From positions 472,684 to 536,683 of the forward strand of contig JAPZTW010000008.1 of the NCBI GenBank assembly GCA_027533105.1: a stretch of 64,000 nucleotides of DNA. The letters are read 5' to 3'. This DNA is from Sphingomonadaceae bacterium (GTDB lineage: Bacteria; Pseudomonadota; Alphaproteobacteria; Sphingomonadales; Sphingomonadaceae). Below the pieces are notes generated by a model, which worked only from the letters and a program-made list of their open reading frames with translations, did not search any database and had not been told where the DNA came from. Below, piece after piece: positions 49,931 through 59,613 of this stretch. Every line of letters starts with the position of its first letter. The stretch's first letter is position 1. The position numbers were made by a program, and so were the translations under genes.

Positions 49931-50376
49931 GCGTGTGGAACAAGAGCAATGCCGGGATGGGCTCGCTCTACCGCTCCAAGCACGAGATGGTGTTCGTCTA
50001 CAGGGTGCCCGGTGCCAGTCACTACAACGCGGTCGAACTTGGCAAGCATGGGCGCAACCGCACCAATGTCTGGGACTATGCTTCGGTCAACTCGATGCGT
50101 GGCAGCCGCCGCGAGGACCTGGCGCTCCATCCCACGGTCAAACCCGTGGCGATGGTGGCCGATGCGATCTGCGATGTCACCCGCCAGGGTGAGCTCGTCC
50201 TCGACATCTTCCTGGGATCCGGAACTAGCCTGATTGCAGCCGAGCGGGTGGGGCGCCGGTTCCGCGGGGTCGAGCTCGACCCGCTCTATGTCGATGTTGC
50301 GCTGGAGCGCTGGCGCAATCTGACGGGGCGCGAGCCTGAGCTGGTCTACCGCCAGGACGAGGAGCGCAAGGCTTGA
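49930..50376 (+). pseudogene. C-terminal fragment of an N6/N4 DNA methyltransferase (ParB-MTase type)
   Basis: CVWNKSNAGMGSLYRSKHE, HPTVKP, VLDIFLGSGTSLIAAE, GVELDPLY; DPPY-containing N-part absent. Confidence 0.85.
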
Positions 50377-50912
50377 GCCGCGGCGGCGACACCCGCTTCC
50401 GCAAGGGCCAGTCAGGCAACCCGGCCGGCCGGCCAAGGCAGCGGCGCCCGCATGTCTCCGCATTCGACATCATCTTTGACCAGACCCTGACCGTGACCCA
50501 GAACGGTATTGAGCGCGAACTGTCGGTCGACGAGGCGCTGCAACTGCAGACTTACCAGGCTGCTCTGAAGGGCAGCAAGCTTGCGATCCGCTCGGTGCTC
50601 AAGATGATCGAGAAGCGTGAGGTGGCGCTTGCCAAACTTGATCCCGCACCAATGAAACCAGTCCGGATGGTCCACGAGTACGACAGCGACAATGCCAATC
50701 GGGCCATGGAAATCCTGGGTATCGGCGCGCTTGGGGATGCCCCCCATGGTGGTGGTCCTGCAACCCGGCCGTTCCGGCTGGCCCGCTGGGCAACTCAAGC
50801 CGCGATCTCCCGTCCCGGCCGCAAGAGATTGACCGAGAAGCAGGTCGAAGAGGTGAAACGGCTTACACTTGAAGCCGAAAAGCTGCGCTGGCCAAGGAGA
50901 CGCGGAGAATGA
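50373..50912 (+). CDS. DUF5681 domain protein
   Basis: TRFRKGQSGNPAGRP; TTGA overlap with the MTase stop. Confidence 0.8.
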   Translation: MSRGGDTRFRKGQSGNPAGRPRQRRPHVSAFDIIFDQTLTVTQNGIERELSVDEALQLQTYQAALKGSKLAIRSVLKMIEKREVALAKLDPAPMKPVRMVHEYDSDNANRAMEILGIGALGDAPHGGGPATRPFRLARWATQAAISRPGRKRLTEKQVEEVKRLTLEAEKLRWPRRRGE

Positions 50913-51481
50913 CCGGGCACGAGGCCGACACAGAGCCTGCGGCGACCGGCTATCGCAGGCCGCCTGAGGCGACCCGATTCCGGAAAGGCCAGAGCGGCAA
51001 TCCGAAAGGCCGCCCGAGGAACCGCCGTAAGGAAATCCCATACGATACGGTGCTCGGGCAAATGGTAACGATCCGTGAGGAGGGCCGAGAGCGCCGCGTG
51101 ACCGCTGCCGAAGCGTTCCTGCTACACCTGACCCGCAAAGGGCTAGCCGGCGACAATGCCGCGGCGCGGGCTTCACTTGCGGCCATCGAAGCGGCGCGCG
51201 AGAAGCGCGGGGCTCCCGAGGCAAAACTGATCACCGAGATCCGCCTCGTCATGATGGGGTTCGGTGTAGGATCGGTGCTCGCACCGCTCGGTATCGGGCG
51301 CAAGCTGCACCCGCTCGACGAAGAGCGGGTACGCTGGCAGCTTCAACCGTGGATCGTCGAGGCAGCGCTCAAGCGGTTGGGGAACCGAAAGCTGTCCATC
51401 GATGAGCAACGAGACGTATGGGCCGTGACAAGGACACCTGAAACGGTGAACTGGCCAGAATGGTGGACCGAGCGAGCATAA
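50909..51481 (+). CDS. DUF5681 domain protein
   Basis: GYRRPPEATRFRKGQSGNPKGRP; ATGA overlap. Confidence 0.82.
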   Translation: MTGHEADTEPAATGYRRPPEATRFRKGQSGNPKGRPRNRRKEIPYDTVLGQMVTIREEGRERRVTAAEAFLLHLTRKGLAGDNAAARASLAAIEAAREKRGAPEAKLITEIRLVMMGFGVGSVLAPLGIGRKLHPLDEERVRWQLQPWIVEAALKRLGNRKLSIDEQRDVWAVTRTPETVNWPEWWTERA

Positions 51482-51545
51482 TGGCAGCTTTGTTGGACAT
51501 TCCGGAACGGCCGATCCTCAGCGCAGAACGCAGATAGCTGCCATT
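51480..51545. terminator. Inverted repeat between convergent DUF5681 and thiolase genes
   Basis: AATGGCAGCT (51480-51489) / AGCTGCCATT (51536-51545). Confidence 0.45.
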
Positions 51546-52782
51546 ACCGGCAAAGGACAGACACTACACAAACGGCTTCCTCGACGCCCCATAGCCCGCC
51601 GCCATTTTCGGCGACTGCCACTCTGGCGTTCTCTACCTGCCTCAGCCCGGCCTCACCGCGCAACTGTGTGACCAGTTCGAATATCTGGGCCAGTCCGGTC
51701 GCTCCGATCGGATGGCCCTTGCTTTCCAGGCCGCCGGAGGGGTTGACCGGGGTGCGGCCGCCAAGCGCGGTGTGTCCTTGTAGTGCGGCCAGTCCACCCT
51801 CTCCGCGCGACGCAAGGCCCAGGTTCTCGACCTGAATGACTTCGCCAACTGCGGTGGCATCGTGAACTTCGGCCAGATCGATGTCGTCAGGGCCGAGCGA
51901 AGCGGCCTCGAATGCCTTGAGCGCGGTGACCCGGCCGATGTGCCGCTCAAGATCGTCGGGGTCGCGGTCCACAGAGGTGCCAAGGACGCAAGCGCGCAGC
52001 TCCACCGCGCGAGCCGTGGCGCCGAGCCGACGCAAACCGGCTTCGGTGCATAGCACGGCTGCTGCTGCCCCGTCGCTGACCGGGGCGCACATCGGCAAGG
52101 TCAGCGGCCAGACGATTGAACGATCGGCCATGATCTCCTCGACCGAATAGGCTCGGCGATACTGCGCGCGTTCGTTGTGGACCGAATGGGCGTGGTTCTT
52201 GGCCGCGACGGCGGCGAACTGTTCCTGCGTCGAGCCGTAGAGCCGCATGTGCTGACGGGCGAAGGCGGCGTAGATGTCCATGAACACGCTGCGCCGTTCT
52301 GCCGGAGGGGGCAGCGCCGCGTCATCCATGCCGCCAAGAGCCAACAGCGCTTCGCGGCTTTGGTCCACCACGGCCACGTCCCAGCCGGCATCGAAAATGC
52401 CGAGCGAACGCGCCCGGTCGGGATGCGATAGCTTTTCCGCGCCAACCGCCAGCACGATATCGGCCGCGCCTGACTTCAGATAGTTCGCGGCTTCGTACAG
52501 CGCGGTCGATGCGCTGGCACAAGCGTTGTCCACATTGGCGATGGGAATACCCGCGAATCCAAGCGGCCGGAGCGCCACTTGCCCGCGGATCATGTGCTGG
52601 CCCTCCAGCGCACCCTGGCTGGTATTGGCAAACCACGCGGCCTCAATCTGCGAGGCCGCGCAATTCGCATCCGCCAGCGCATCGCCCACCGCCCGGCGCG
52701 TCAGGTCCTTGACCGAACGCGTCAGGTCGATCCCGAACGCCGTCATGCCGACGCCGGCGATATAGACCGCCTTGGCGGGCAT
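51544..52782 (-). CDS. Thiolase, SCP-x/lipid-transfer type
   Basis: NVDNACASAS, AEVHDAT, NPSGGLESKGHPIGATG. Confidence 0.92.
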   Translation of the reverse strand: MPAKAVYIAGVGMTAFGIDLTRSVKDLTRRAVGDALADANCAASQIEAAWFANTSQGALEGQHMIRGQVALRPLGFAGIPIANVDNACASASTALYEAANYLKSGAADIVLAVGAEKLSHPDRARSLGIFDAGWDVAVVDQSREALLALGGMDDAALPPPAERRSVFMDIYAAFARQHMRLYGSTQEQFAAVAAKNHAHSVHNERAQYRRAYSVEEIMADRSIVWPLTLPMCAPVSDGAAAAVLCTEAGLRRLGATARAVELRACVLGTSVDRDPDDLERHIGRVTALKAFEAASLGPDDIDLAEVHDATAVGEVIQVENLGLASRGEGGLAALQGHTALGGRTPVNPSGGLESKGHPIGATGLAQIFELVTQLRGEAGLRQVENARVAVAENGGGLWGVEEAVCVVSVLCR

Positions 52783-52785
52783 GGC

Positions 52786-53265
52786 TTAGAGGATCTGATC
52801 GAGGGCGTAGAACGGTGACCAGAGGTCCTCGATCGGCGTACGGTCGTGCACTAGCTTCTGCAGATTGAAGCCCGAAAAGACAGGATCGTTGGGCTTGCGG
52901 CCACCGCGGTGCGCGCGGTTGTTGTCGCTTGCAGGTGCGCCTTCGCCCATGAACGAGCGCATGTCCTTGGTCCGCAGCAACCGGTCCATATCATTGACAA
53001 TGGTCCGGCACAGGATCCGCCATTCACCGCCGCGTTTCTCGAAGATGTCGAGGTAGCGGCCCTGGTGCCAAAAATCGAGGAAGTCCCCGTCCGGCTTCTT
53101 CAGGCGGTGGACCACTGACCACTGGCTTTCGCAAAAGGCCCGGTCACCCTTGAGGTCGATGATCGTGTTGGTGATCGCGTGGATGCTTGAATCGACCTGC
53201 TTGAGAATGGGGATCACGTAATCGGCAAAGCCCTGGCCATCACCCCCATAGAAGCCGTGATCATC
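52786..53265 (-). pseudogene. 5'-truncated SnoaL/NTF2-like protein
   Basis: DDHGFYGGDG...SIHAITN...GRYLDIFEKRGGEWRI; N-terminal helices missing. Confidence 0.7.
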
Positions 53266-53974
53266 ATATGGCTCCGCCGCCATGCCGGAGCCCTTGTTGA
53301 GGGAGTTCATGGCAGCCCTCCCATCGGTCCGCATGCTCCAATCTTACGGTATGACCGAACTCTCGCCGGTGGTCACTATCCTGGGCTGGCGCGACCACTT
53401 GCCCGAAGCCGCAGCAAACGGCCGCCTGCGCTCAGCCGGTCGGCCAGCAATGCTGGCCGAGGTTGCGGTAGTCGGCCCCGAAGACAAGCCAGTGCCAGCA
53501 GGTTGCCACGGGGAGATCGTGGCGCGAGGGCCCATGGTCATGCAGGGCTACTGGAACCGGCCGGACCTTACAGCGGAAGTCCTGCGCGGTGGCTGGATGC
53601 ACACTGGTGACGTTGGCTACCTCGATGGAGATGGGTACCTTTTCGTCGTCGATCGCCTCAAAGATATGATTATCACCGGCGGGGAGAACGTCTGGTCCCA
53701 GGAGGTCGAGAACGCGCTCGCCTCGCATCCCGCCGTTTCCCTTTGCGCGGTTATCGGCAGGCCCGATCCCCTCTGGGGTGAAACAGTCCATGCAATCGTA
53801 AACTTGCGCGAAGGCGCCAGCACCAACGAAGCAGAATTGATCGCGCACTGCCGCAACCTGATCGCACACTACAAATGTCCGCGCAGCGTCGACATCCGGG
53901 CAACACCACTGCCGCTTAGCGGTGCCAACAAGGTCTTGAAGGCCGATCTGCGTGCCGAGTACTCCGGCCCGTGA
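53261..53974 (+). pseudogene. 3' fragment of a long-chain acyl-CoA ligase
   Basis: SYGSAAMP, QSYGMTE, GWMHTGDVG, VDRLKDMIITGGENV, NKVLK; AMP-binding P-loop half absent. Confidence 0.88.
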
Positions 53975-54036
53975 ATGGAAATGTGTCAACTAGTGCAGGC
54001 TGGTGGTCAACGCTCTGGCAAGAATGCTGCTGACTT

Positions 54037-54877
54037 GGGGCTGTCAGAGCAAATGCACCGCCTGATATGAGCTAAGTCGCAGGGTAGGGCCGGTCGATGC
54101 CTCGTCCCCGCAAACCTGCCAGCCCGTTCCGCTATTTCAACTCCTCGCCCGAGGTGATCCGCCTTGTGGTGATGATGTATGTCAGGTTTCCCCTGAGCTT
54201 GCGGAACGTCGAGGACCTGCTGTTTGAGCGCGGGATCGACATCTGCCATGAGACCGTGCGCATGTGGTGGAACCGGTTCGGCCCGCTGTTCGCTGGTGAC
54301 ATCCGTCGGCAGCGAGTGAGCCGGGTGCGCGGCTTCCGGCAGTGGCGCTGGCATCTTGACGAGATGTACGTGAAGCTTGGTGGCGAGATGGTTTACCTGT
54401 GGCGCGCGGTCGATCAGGAGGGCGAGATCCTGGAGAGTTTCGTGACGACGTCACGTGACAAGGCGGCTGCGTTGGCCTTCATGAAGAAGGCGCTAAAGCG
54501 TCATGGATCACCCGAGAGGATCACAACCGATGGCCTGCGCTCGTACAAGGCGGCGATGACTGAGCTTGGCAACGCGGACAAACAGGAGATCGGCCGCTGG
54601 GCCAATAATAGGGTCGAGAACAGCCACCTCTCGTTCCGACGACGTGAGCGAGCGATGCTCCGCTTCAGGCGGATGAAGTCGCTACAGAAGTTCGCCTCAG
54701 TCCACGCCAACGTGCACAATCACTTCAACCAGGAACGTCATCTCGTAGATCGACAGACTTACAAAGAACGCCGCTCGGTCGCTCTGGCCGAGTGGCAGAG
54801 CCTTATGGCCTGATCCCGCCTTCGCAAAGGCGGAGCTCCGCCAATCTGAGACTAATTGCGATTAGACTGACAGCACC
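54037..54877 (+). mobile_element. IS6-family insertion sequence
   Basis: Imperfect IRs GGGGCTGTCAG / GGTGCTGTCAG; no target duplication. Confidence 0.85.
54097..54813 (+). CDS. tnp: IS6-family transposase
   Basis: WHLDEMY, YLWRAVD, TTDGLRSY, NNRVENSH DDE motifs. Confidence 0.93.
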   Translation: MPRPRKPASPFRYFNSSPEVIRLVVMMYVRFPLSLRNVEDLLFERGIDICHETVRMWWNRFGPLFAGDIRRQRVSRVRGFRQWRWHLDEMYVKLGGEMVYLWRAVDQEGEILESFVTTSRDKAAALAFMKKALKRHGSPERITTDGLRSYKAAMTELGNADKQEIGRWANNRVENSHLSFRRRERAMLRFRRMKSLQKFASVHANVHNHFNQERHLVDRQTYKERRSVALAEWQSLMA

Positions 54878-54944
54878 GATGTACGCCGCCGAAGATGTCG
54901 TCGCGGCCACCCGGGCGGTCCAGCGGAGCCTGACCGATGCATGA
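54878..54944 (+). pseudogene. 3' stub of a gene cut by the IS6 right end
   Basis: GC3-rich frame YAAEDVVAATRAVQRSLTDA* whose stop overlaps the gtdA start. Confidence 0.45.
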
Positions 54945-56004
54945 AGCCCAGCCCCATCCGCCGCTGGCGAACGACCAGCGCGCCCAGCTCGAAACCCTCT
55001 ATGACGAGATGCGGCCGCGGCACCTCTATCCCTTGTGGGAGGTGCTGAGCGCCCTCGTCACGCCCGAACCGCAGACCCGGGCGGTGCCCGCCAAGTGGGC
55101 CTATGACGACGTGCGCGGTTACCTGCTGCGCGCCGGCGATCTGATCAGCGCCGAACAGGCTGAGCGCCGGGTGGTGATCCTGGAGAATCCCGGCTTGCCC
55201 GGCGAATCCGCGATCACGCCGCGGCTCTATGCCGGCCTGCAGCTGGTCCTGCCGGGCGAGATCGCGCCTTGCCACCGCCACAGCCAGTCGGCCCTGCGCT
55301 TCATCATGGAAGGTGACGGCGCCTATACCGCGGTCGATGGCGAAAAGGCCTTCATGAAGCAGTTCGACCTGATCCTGACGCCCAACTGGCGCTGGCACGA
55401 TCACGGCAACCCCTCGAACAATCCGATCATCTGGCTCGACGGGCTGGATATCCCGACGATCCGCGCGCTGGATGCCCAGTTTGCCGAGCGGCTGGACGAG
55501 TTGAGCCATCCCGAGACCGAACCGGCTGGCAGCAACCGCGCCAAGTTCGGCCGGGGGCTGCGTCCGCTGCGGGCGGGATCGCAGCGCCACGAAGTCCCGC
55601 GCGAGCCGCTGTTCCACTATCCCTATGCCGAATGGTCCGCCTCGCTCGAGGCGCTGGCCGCCAGCGAAGCCCCCGATCCGCACATCGGCCATGCGCTGGA
55701 ATTCCTCAACCCGGCCACCGGCGGATCGGTGATGCCGACCATTTCGGCCCATGTCCGCCTGCTGCCGGCCGGGTTCGAGACCCGCCCGCGCCGCTCGACC
55801 GAAAGCGCGGTCTTCACCGTGATCGAGGGCGAGGGCGAAGTGCAGATCGGCACGGAAACCTATCGGCTGGCCCCGCGCGACATGGTCGTCGTGCCGAGCT
55901 GGGCCGAGACCCGCTGGCGGGCGGACAGCAAGCTGGTGCTGTTTGCCTATACCGATCGCGTCATTCAGGAAAAACTCTGCCTCTACCGGGAGCACTGCGC
56001 ATGA
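54937..56004 (+). CDS. gtdA: Gentisate 1,2-dioxygenase
   Basis: AERRVVILENPG, LYAGLQL, CHRHSQSALRF, WHDHGN, WLDGLD bicupin. Confidence 0.9.
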   Translation: MHEAQPHPPLANDQRAQLETLYDEMRPRHLYPLWEVLSALVTPEPQTRAVPAKWAYDDVRGYLLRAGDLISAEQAERRVVILENPGLPGESAITPRLYAGLQLVLPGEIAPCHRHSQSALRFIMEGDGAYTAVDGEKAFMKQFDLILTPNWRWHDHGNPSNNPIIWLDGLDIPTIRALDAQFAERLDELSHPETEPAGSNRAKFGRGLRPLRAGSQRHEVPREPLFHYPYAEWSASLEALAASEAPDPHIGHALEFLNPATGGSVMPTISAHVRLLPAGFETRPRRSTESAVFTVIEGEGEVQIGTETYRLAPRDMVVVPSWAETRWRADSKLVLFAYTDRVIQEKLCLYREHCA

Positions 56005-56696
56005 ACCTGCTGTTTGAACCTGCCGCCCCTGTCATCGCTCCAACCGCCACCGGCGCCGGGTTCCCGGTGCGGCGGATCTTCTGCATCGGCCGCAATTACG
56101 AGGAACACGCCAAGGAGATGGGCATGCAGGCCGATCCCGAGGCCCCGTTCTTCTTCACCAAGTGGGCCGAAACGCTGGTCGGCGATGGCGCGACCATCGC
56201 CTATCCCCAGGGCACCGAGAATTTCCATTACGAGGCCGAACTGGTCGTCGCGATCGGCCGGGGCGGGCGCAATATCCCGGCCAGCGAAGCCATGGACCAC
56301 GTCTGGGGCTATGCCTGCGGGCTCGACATGACCCGCCGCGATCTGCAGGCCGAAGCGCGCGCCAAGGGCCGCCCGTGGGATTCCGGCAAGAACGTGGAGC
56401 AATCATCGCCGCTCGGCCTGATCCATCCGGTCGAAGTGCTGGGCGATGCCACCAGGGGCGCGATCACCCTGACCGTCAACGGCGCGGTCAGGCAGCAGGG
56501 CGATCTGGCCGATCTGATCACCCCGGTCGACCGCCTGATCGCCTATCTCTCCAGCCTCTATCGGCTGGAGGCGGGGGACCTCATCTATACTGGCACCCCG
56601 GCCGGGGTTGGCGCCGTCGTGCCGGGCGACGTGATGGTGGTGGCAATCGATGGCCTATCCCCGCTCACGATCACGGTCGGACCGCTGGCGGAATGA
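56001..56696 (+). CDS. Fumarylpyruvate hydrolase (FAH family, NagK-like)
   Basis: RRIFCIGRNYEEH, HYEAEL, DMTRRD, GDLIYTGTPAGVG; ATGA overlap. Confidence 0.88.
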   Translation: MNLLFEPAAPVIAPTATGAGFPVRRIFCIGRNYEEHAKEMGMQADPEAPFFFTKWAETLVGDGATIAYPQGTENFHYEAELVVAIGRGGRNIPASEAMDHVWGYACGLDMTRRDLQAEARAKGRPWDSGKNVEQSSPLGLIHPVEVLGDATRGAITLTVNGAVRQQGDLADLITPVDRLIAYLSSLYRLEAGDLIYTGTPAGVGAVVPGDVMVVAIDGLSPLTITVGPLAE

Positions 56697-57328
56697 TTGC
56701 CCACCTCCACGGCTTCTTCCGCTCCAGCGCCTCGTGGCGGGTGCGGATTGCCCTGGCGCTGAAAGGGATCGACTACGCCCAGTCGACCTACAAGCTGCGC
56801 GCGGGGGAACAGCGGAGCGCAGCCTTCCTGCGGCTCAACCCGCAGGGGCTGGTTCCCGCGCTGGAGATCGACGGCGCGGTGCTGACCCAGTCGCTGGCGA
56901 TCATCGAATACCTGGACGAAACAGTGGCCGAACCGCCGCTGTGCGGCACCACGCCGCTGGAACGGGCGCGGATCAGGGCCTTTGCCCTGGCCATCGCCTG
57001 CGAAACGCACCCGCTGCAGAACCTGCGGGTGCTGAACCGGATCGCTGCCCTGACCGGCCGCGAGGAAGCCGGGCAGGACTGGGCGCGGGAGGTCAATCAC
57101 GAGGGGCTTGCCGCCTGCGCCGCCCTGCTGCCTGATGCCGACACGCCATTCTGCTTTGGCGACCGACCGACGCTGACGGATATCTGCCTGGTGCCGCAGC
57201 TGGCCAATGCGCGGCGCTTTGGCGTGGCGATCGCGTGGCCTCGGCTGGCCGCGATAGAGGCCAATTGCCTGGCCTTGCCCGCCTTTGCCGATACCGCCCC
57301 GCAAACCCAGCCCGATTACGCCGCCTGA
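56693..57328 (+). CDS. maiA: GSH-dependent maleylpyruvate/maleylacetoacetate isomerase (GST zeta)
   Basis: FRSSASWRVRIAL, NPQGLVP, QSLAIIEYL, HPLQNL. Confidence 0.9.
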   Translation: MIAHLHGFFRSSASWRVRIALALKGIDYAQSTYKLRAGEQRSAAFLRLNPQGLVPALEIDGAVLTQSLAIIEYLDETVAEPPLCGTTPLERARIRAFALAIACETHPLQNLRVLNRIAALTGREEAGQDWAREVNHEGLAACAALLPDADTPFCFGDRPTLTDICLVPQLANARRFGVAIAWPRLAAIEANCLALPAFADTAPQTQPDYAA

Positions 57329-57405
57329 CAGCATCCAGTCGCGCTGCCGCTGCTTCCTGCCTGTCTTGATTGCGCCGCAAGCCTCGCGGTGTTGCTATCG
57401 CCCGG

Positions 57406-58098
57406 CTAACCGCCGCCGGGCATGGTCATCCGATAGCCGACCCCTGGCTCAGTGATGATGATCCGGGGGTTCGACGGGTCGACTTCGATCTTCTGCCGCA
57501 GCATGCTGATGTAGATCCGCAGATACTGCATGTCCGCATTCTCGCTGCCCCAGACCTTGGCCAGCAGGCTCTTGTGGGTGGTAACCCGCCCGACGTTGCT
57601 CGACAGCTCTCTGATCAGGGCGAACTCCTTGGGGGAGGTATTCACCCTCTCGCCCATGAACATGATTTCGCGGTCGGCGAGATTGATCGAGAGGTTGTCG
57701 TAACTGAGAATGCCGTGGCCGCGACCGATGTTCTGGGATCGCCGGATCGCGGCCCGGACCCGGGCGAGCAGTTCGCCAATTTCGAAGGGCTTGTCGACGT
57801 AGTCATCAGCTCCCGCGTCGAGGGCAGCGATCTTCTCGTTTTCCTGATGCCGGGCAGAGATCACGATGATCGGCACATTGCTGGACAGCCGGATTTCGTG
57901 GATGGCCTGTTTCCCATCCATGTCGGGCAAGCCCAGGTCGAGCAGCACCAGGTCATGCGCCGCCGTTCGTGCCGCCGTAATCGCAGAGGAACCGTCGCCG
58001 ACGACAGTGACCGCAAACCCCGCCGCCTCAAGGGTGGGTGTCAAGGCTGCGACCAGGGCCGGCTCATCATCAACCAGGAGCACCGCATTGCCCACCAT
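57406..58098 (-). CDS. KdpE-like response regulator
   Basis: LVLLDLGLPDMDG, SAR, GADDYVDKPF, YLRIYISMLRQKIE, TEPGVGY. Confidence 0.92.
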   Translation of the reverse strand: MVGNAVLLVDDEPALVAALTPTLEAAGFAVTVVGDGSSAITAARTAAHDLVLLDLGLPDMDGKQAIHEIRLSSNVPIIVISARHQENEKIAALDAGADDYVDKPFEIGELLARVRAAIRRSQNIGRGHGILSYDNLSINLADREIMFMGERVNTSPKEFALIRELSSNVGRVTTHKSLLAKVWGSENADMQYLRIYISMLRQKIEVDPSNPRIIITEPGVGYRMTMPGGG

Positions 58099-58101
58099 GG
58101 T

Positions 58102-59583
58102 TCAGCCTAGTGGGAGCGCGGGCAGATTGATCGTGACGGCCGTGCCCCTGTTGCCGATGACAGGGGACTGAACATCGATCGAGCCGCCGGACACTTCCAC
58201 AAATCCCTTCGCAATGGCGAGGCCCAGGCCGCTGCCTCTGGGCGATTTCTCGGTTCGCTTGACCCGGTAGAAGCGCTCAAAAACCTTTGCCTGTTCGTTT
58301 AAGGGGATGCCAATCCCCTGGTCAATCACGGACACGACGCAAAGCCTCTCCACCAGCGACACGTCAATATCGACCCGCGTTCCGGGCTCGCTGTAATTGC
58401 AGGCATTTTCGAGCAGGTTCAGCAAGGCGAGCTCGAGCAGGTAGAAATCGACTTTCACAAAGACATCTTCGCTGAAGATGTTGACGTTGATGCGCCGGTC
58501 AGGCTCGCGAGAGCGGAACCGGTCCGCAACCGAATTGACCACATCGAGGATGGAAACGGCCTCGATGTTCAGGTGGCGCGAGGCCGACTGCATGCGGCTG
58601 AGTTCAAGAATGTTGGTGGTCAGCCGGTTGAGCCGGTCACATTCGCTGACAATCCCGGACAGCAGTTTCTGCGACGTGGCGGGGTCAAAGCTGTCGCCAT
58701 ATTCGATCAGACTGGAGGCCGAGGTCCTGATGGTTGTGATCGGCGTTCGAATGTCGTGGCTTACCGATGCCAGCAGGGTGGATTTCAGTTCTTCGGCATG
58801 AACCCGTGCCTTGGCTTCATAGACTTCGCTCGATAGCCTGATCCGTTCGAAGGCGAGGCCCACAATCTGCGCCAGCGCCAGCAGGAAATTCTCGGCAACG
58901 GGGCCATCAACGGTCTTGTCGATGACCATGATGCCCACGGTCGAATCCAGGCCAGGCAAGCGAAAGGCGGTCATGCCCGGCCGTGCCACGCTTTCCTGGG
59001 CTGACGCGCGTGCGGCTTGCGCCGCCTCGGCCAAGACGGTCTCCGCGCCGGCCTCGCCGATCGCCACCAGAGCGTCGTTCTCGACCTTGAAGAGCCTGAT
59101 GCGTGCGCCCTGCAGGATGGGTACGCCGCTATCGATGCTGGCGCACAATTCGTCCTCGCTCGCGGCGCGTTGCAGGCTGCGGCTGGTGGCCAGCAGGCTT
59201 TGCAGTTGCAGATTGGCCTCGCTCAATCGAACGGCGCGGTCGTGCAGGCGGCCGGACAGGAGGCCTGATACCAGGGCCGCGGCGGCGAAGATCGCCGGTG
59301 GGGCCAGATCATCGCCGGTCGCCAGGCGGAAGGCCAGCGGCGGATCGGCAATAAAGAAGTTGAAGATCAGCGACGATACCACGGCGCAGGCCAGCGCGGG
59401 CAGCAGTCCGGAATTTGCGCCAACCAGCATGATGCCGATGACGAAGAACAGGCCGCCTGACACTTCGCCGTAAAGGAGCGACTTGAGATTTGCCGCCAGC
59501 ACCGTTGAGGCCAGCACGACGATGATCGACAGCTGCCAGGCACCCGATTGCTGTGACGAGGCTGCTTTCGAATTCTTCAACAA
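58102..59583 (-). CDS. KdpD-like sensor kinase (DUF4118-GAF-like-HisKA-HATPase) lacking the KdpD N-terminal domains
   Basis: FNFFIADP TM block; SVSHDIRTP H-box; NLLENA, DQGIG, GSGLGLA; TTG start. Confidence 0.88.
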   Translation of the reverse strand: MLKNSKAASSQQSGAWQLSIIVVLASTVLAANLKSLLYGEVSGGLFFVIGIMLVGANSGLLPALACAVVSSLIFNFFIADPPLAFRLATGDDLAPPAIFAAAALVSGLLSGRLHDRAVRLSEANLQLQSLLATSRSLQRAASEDELCASIDSGVPILQGARIRLFKVENDALVAIGEAGAETVLAEAAQAARASAQESVARPGMTAFRLPGLDSTVGIMVIDKTVDGPVAENFLLALAQIVGLAFERIRLSSEVYEAKARVHAEELKSTLLASVSHDIRTPITTIRTSASSLIEYGDSFDPATSQKLLSGIVSECDRLNRLTTNILELSRMQSASRHLNIEAVSILDVVNSVADRFRSREPDRRINVNIFSEDVFVKVDFYLLELALLNLLENACNYSEPGTRVDIDVSLVERLCVVSVIDQGIGIPLNEQAKVFERFYRVKRTEKSPRGSGLGLAIAKGFVEVSGGSIDVQSPVIGNRGTAVTINLPALPLG

Positions 59584-59613
59584 GTCGGCTGTCCCGGATC
59601 CAGTCGAATCACG

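Noticed and set aside
49930-53262. Simple inversion between the two scars
   Set aside because: Flipping the segment does not rejoin any gene halves, and the 5' halves are absent from the window.
57406-59583. Calling the pair kdpD/kdpE proper
   Set aside because: There is no kdpFABC and the kinase lacks the KdpD N-terminal and USP domains, so the symbols were withheld.
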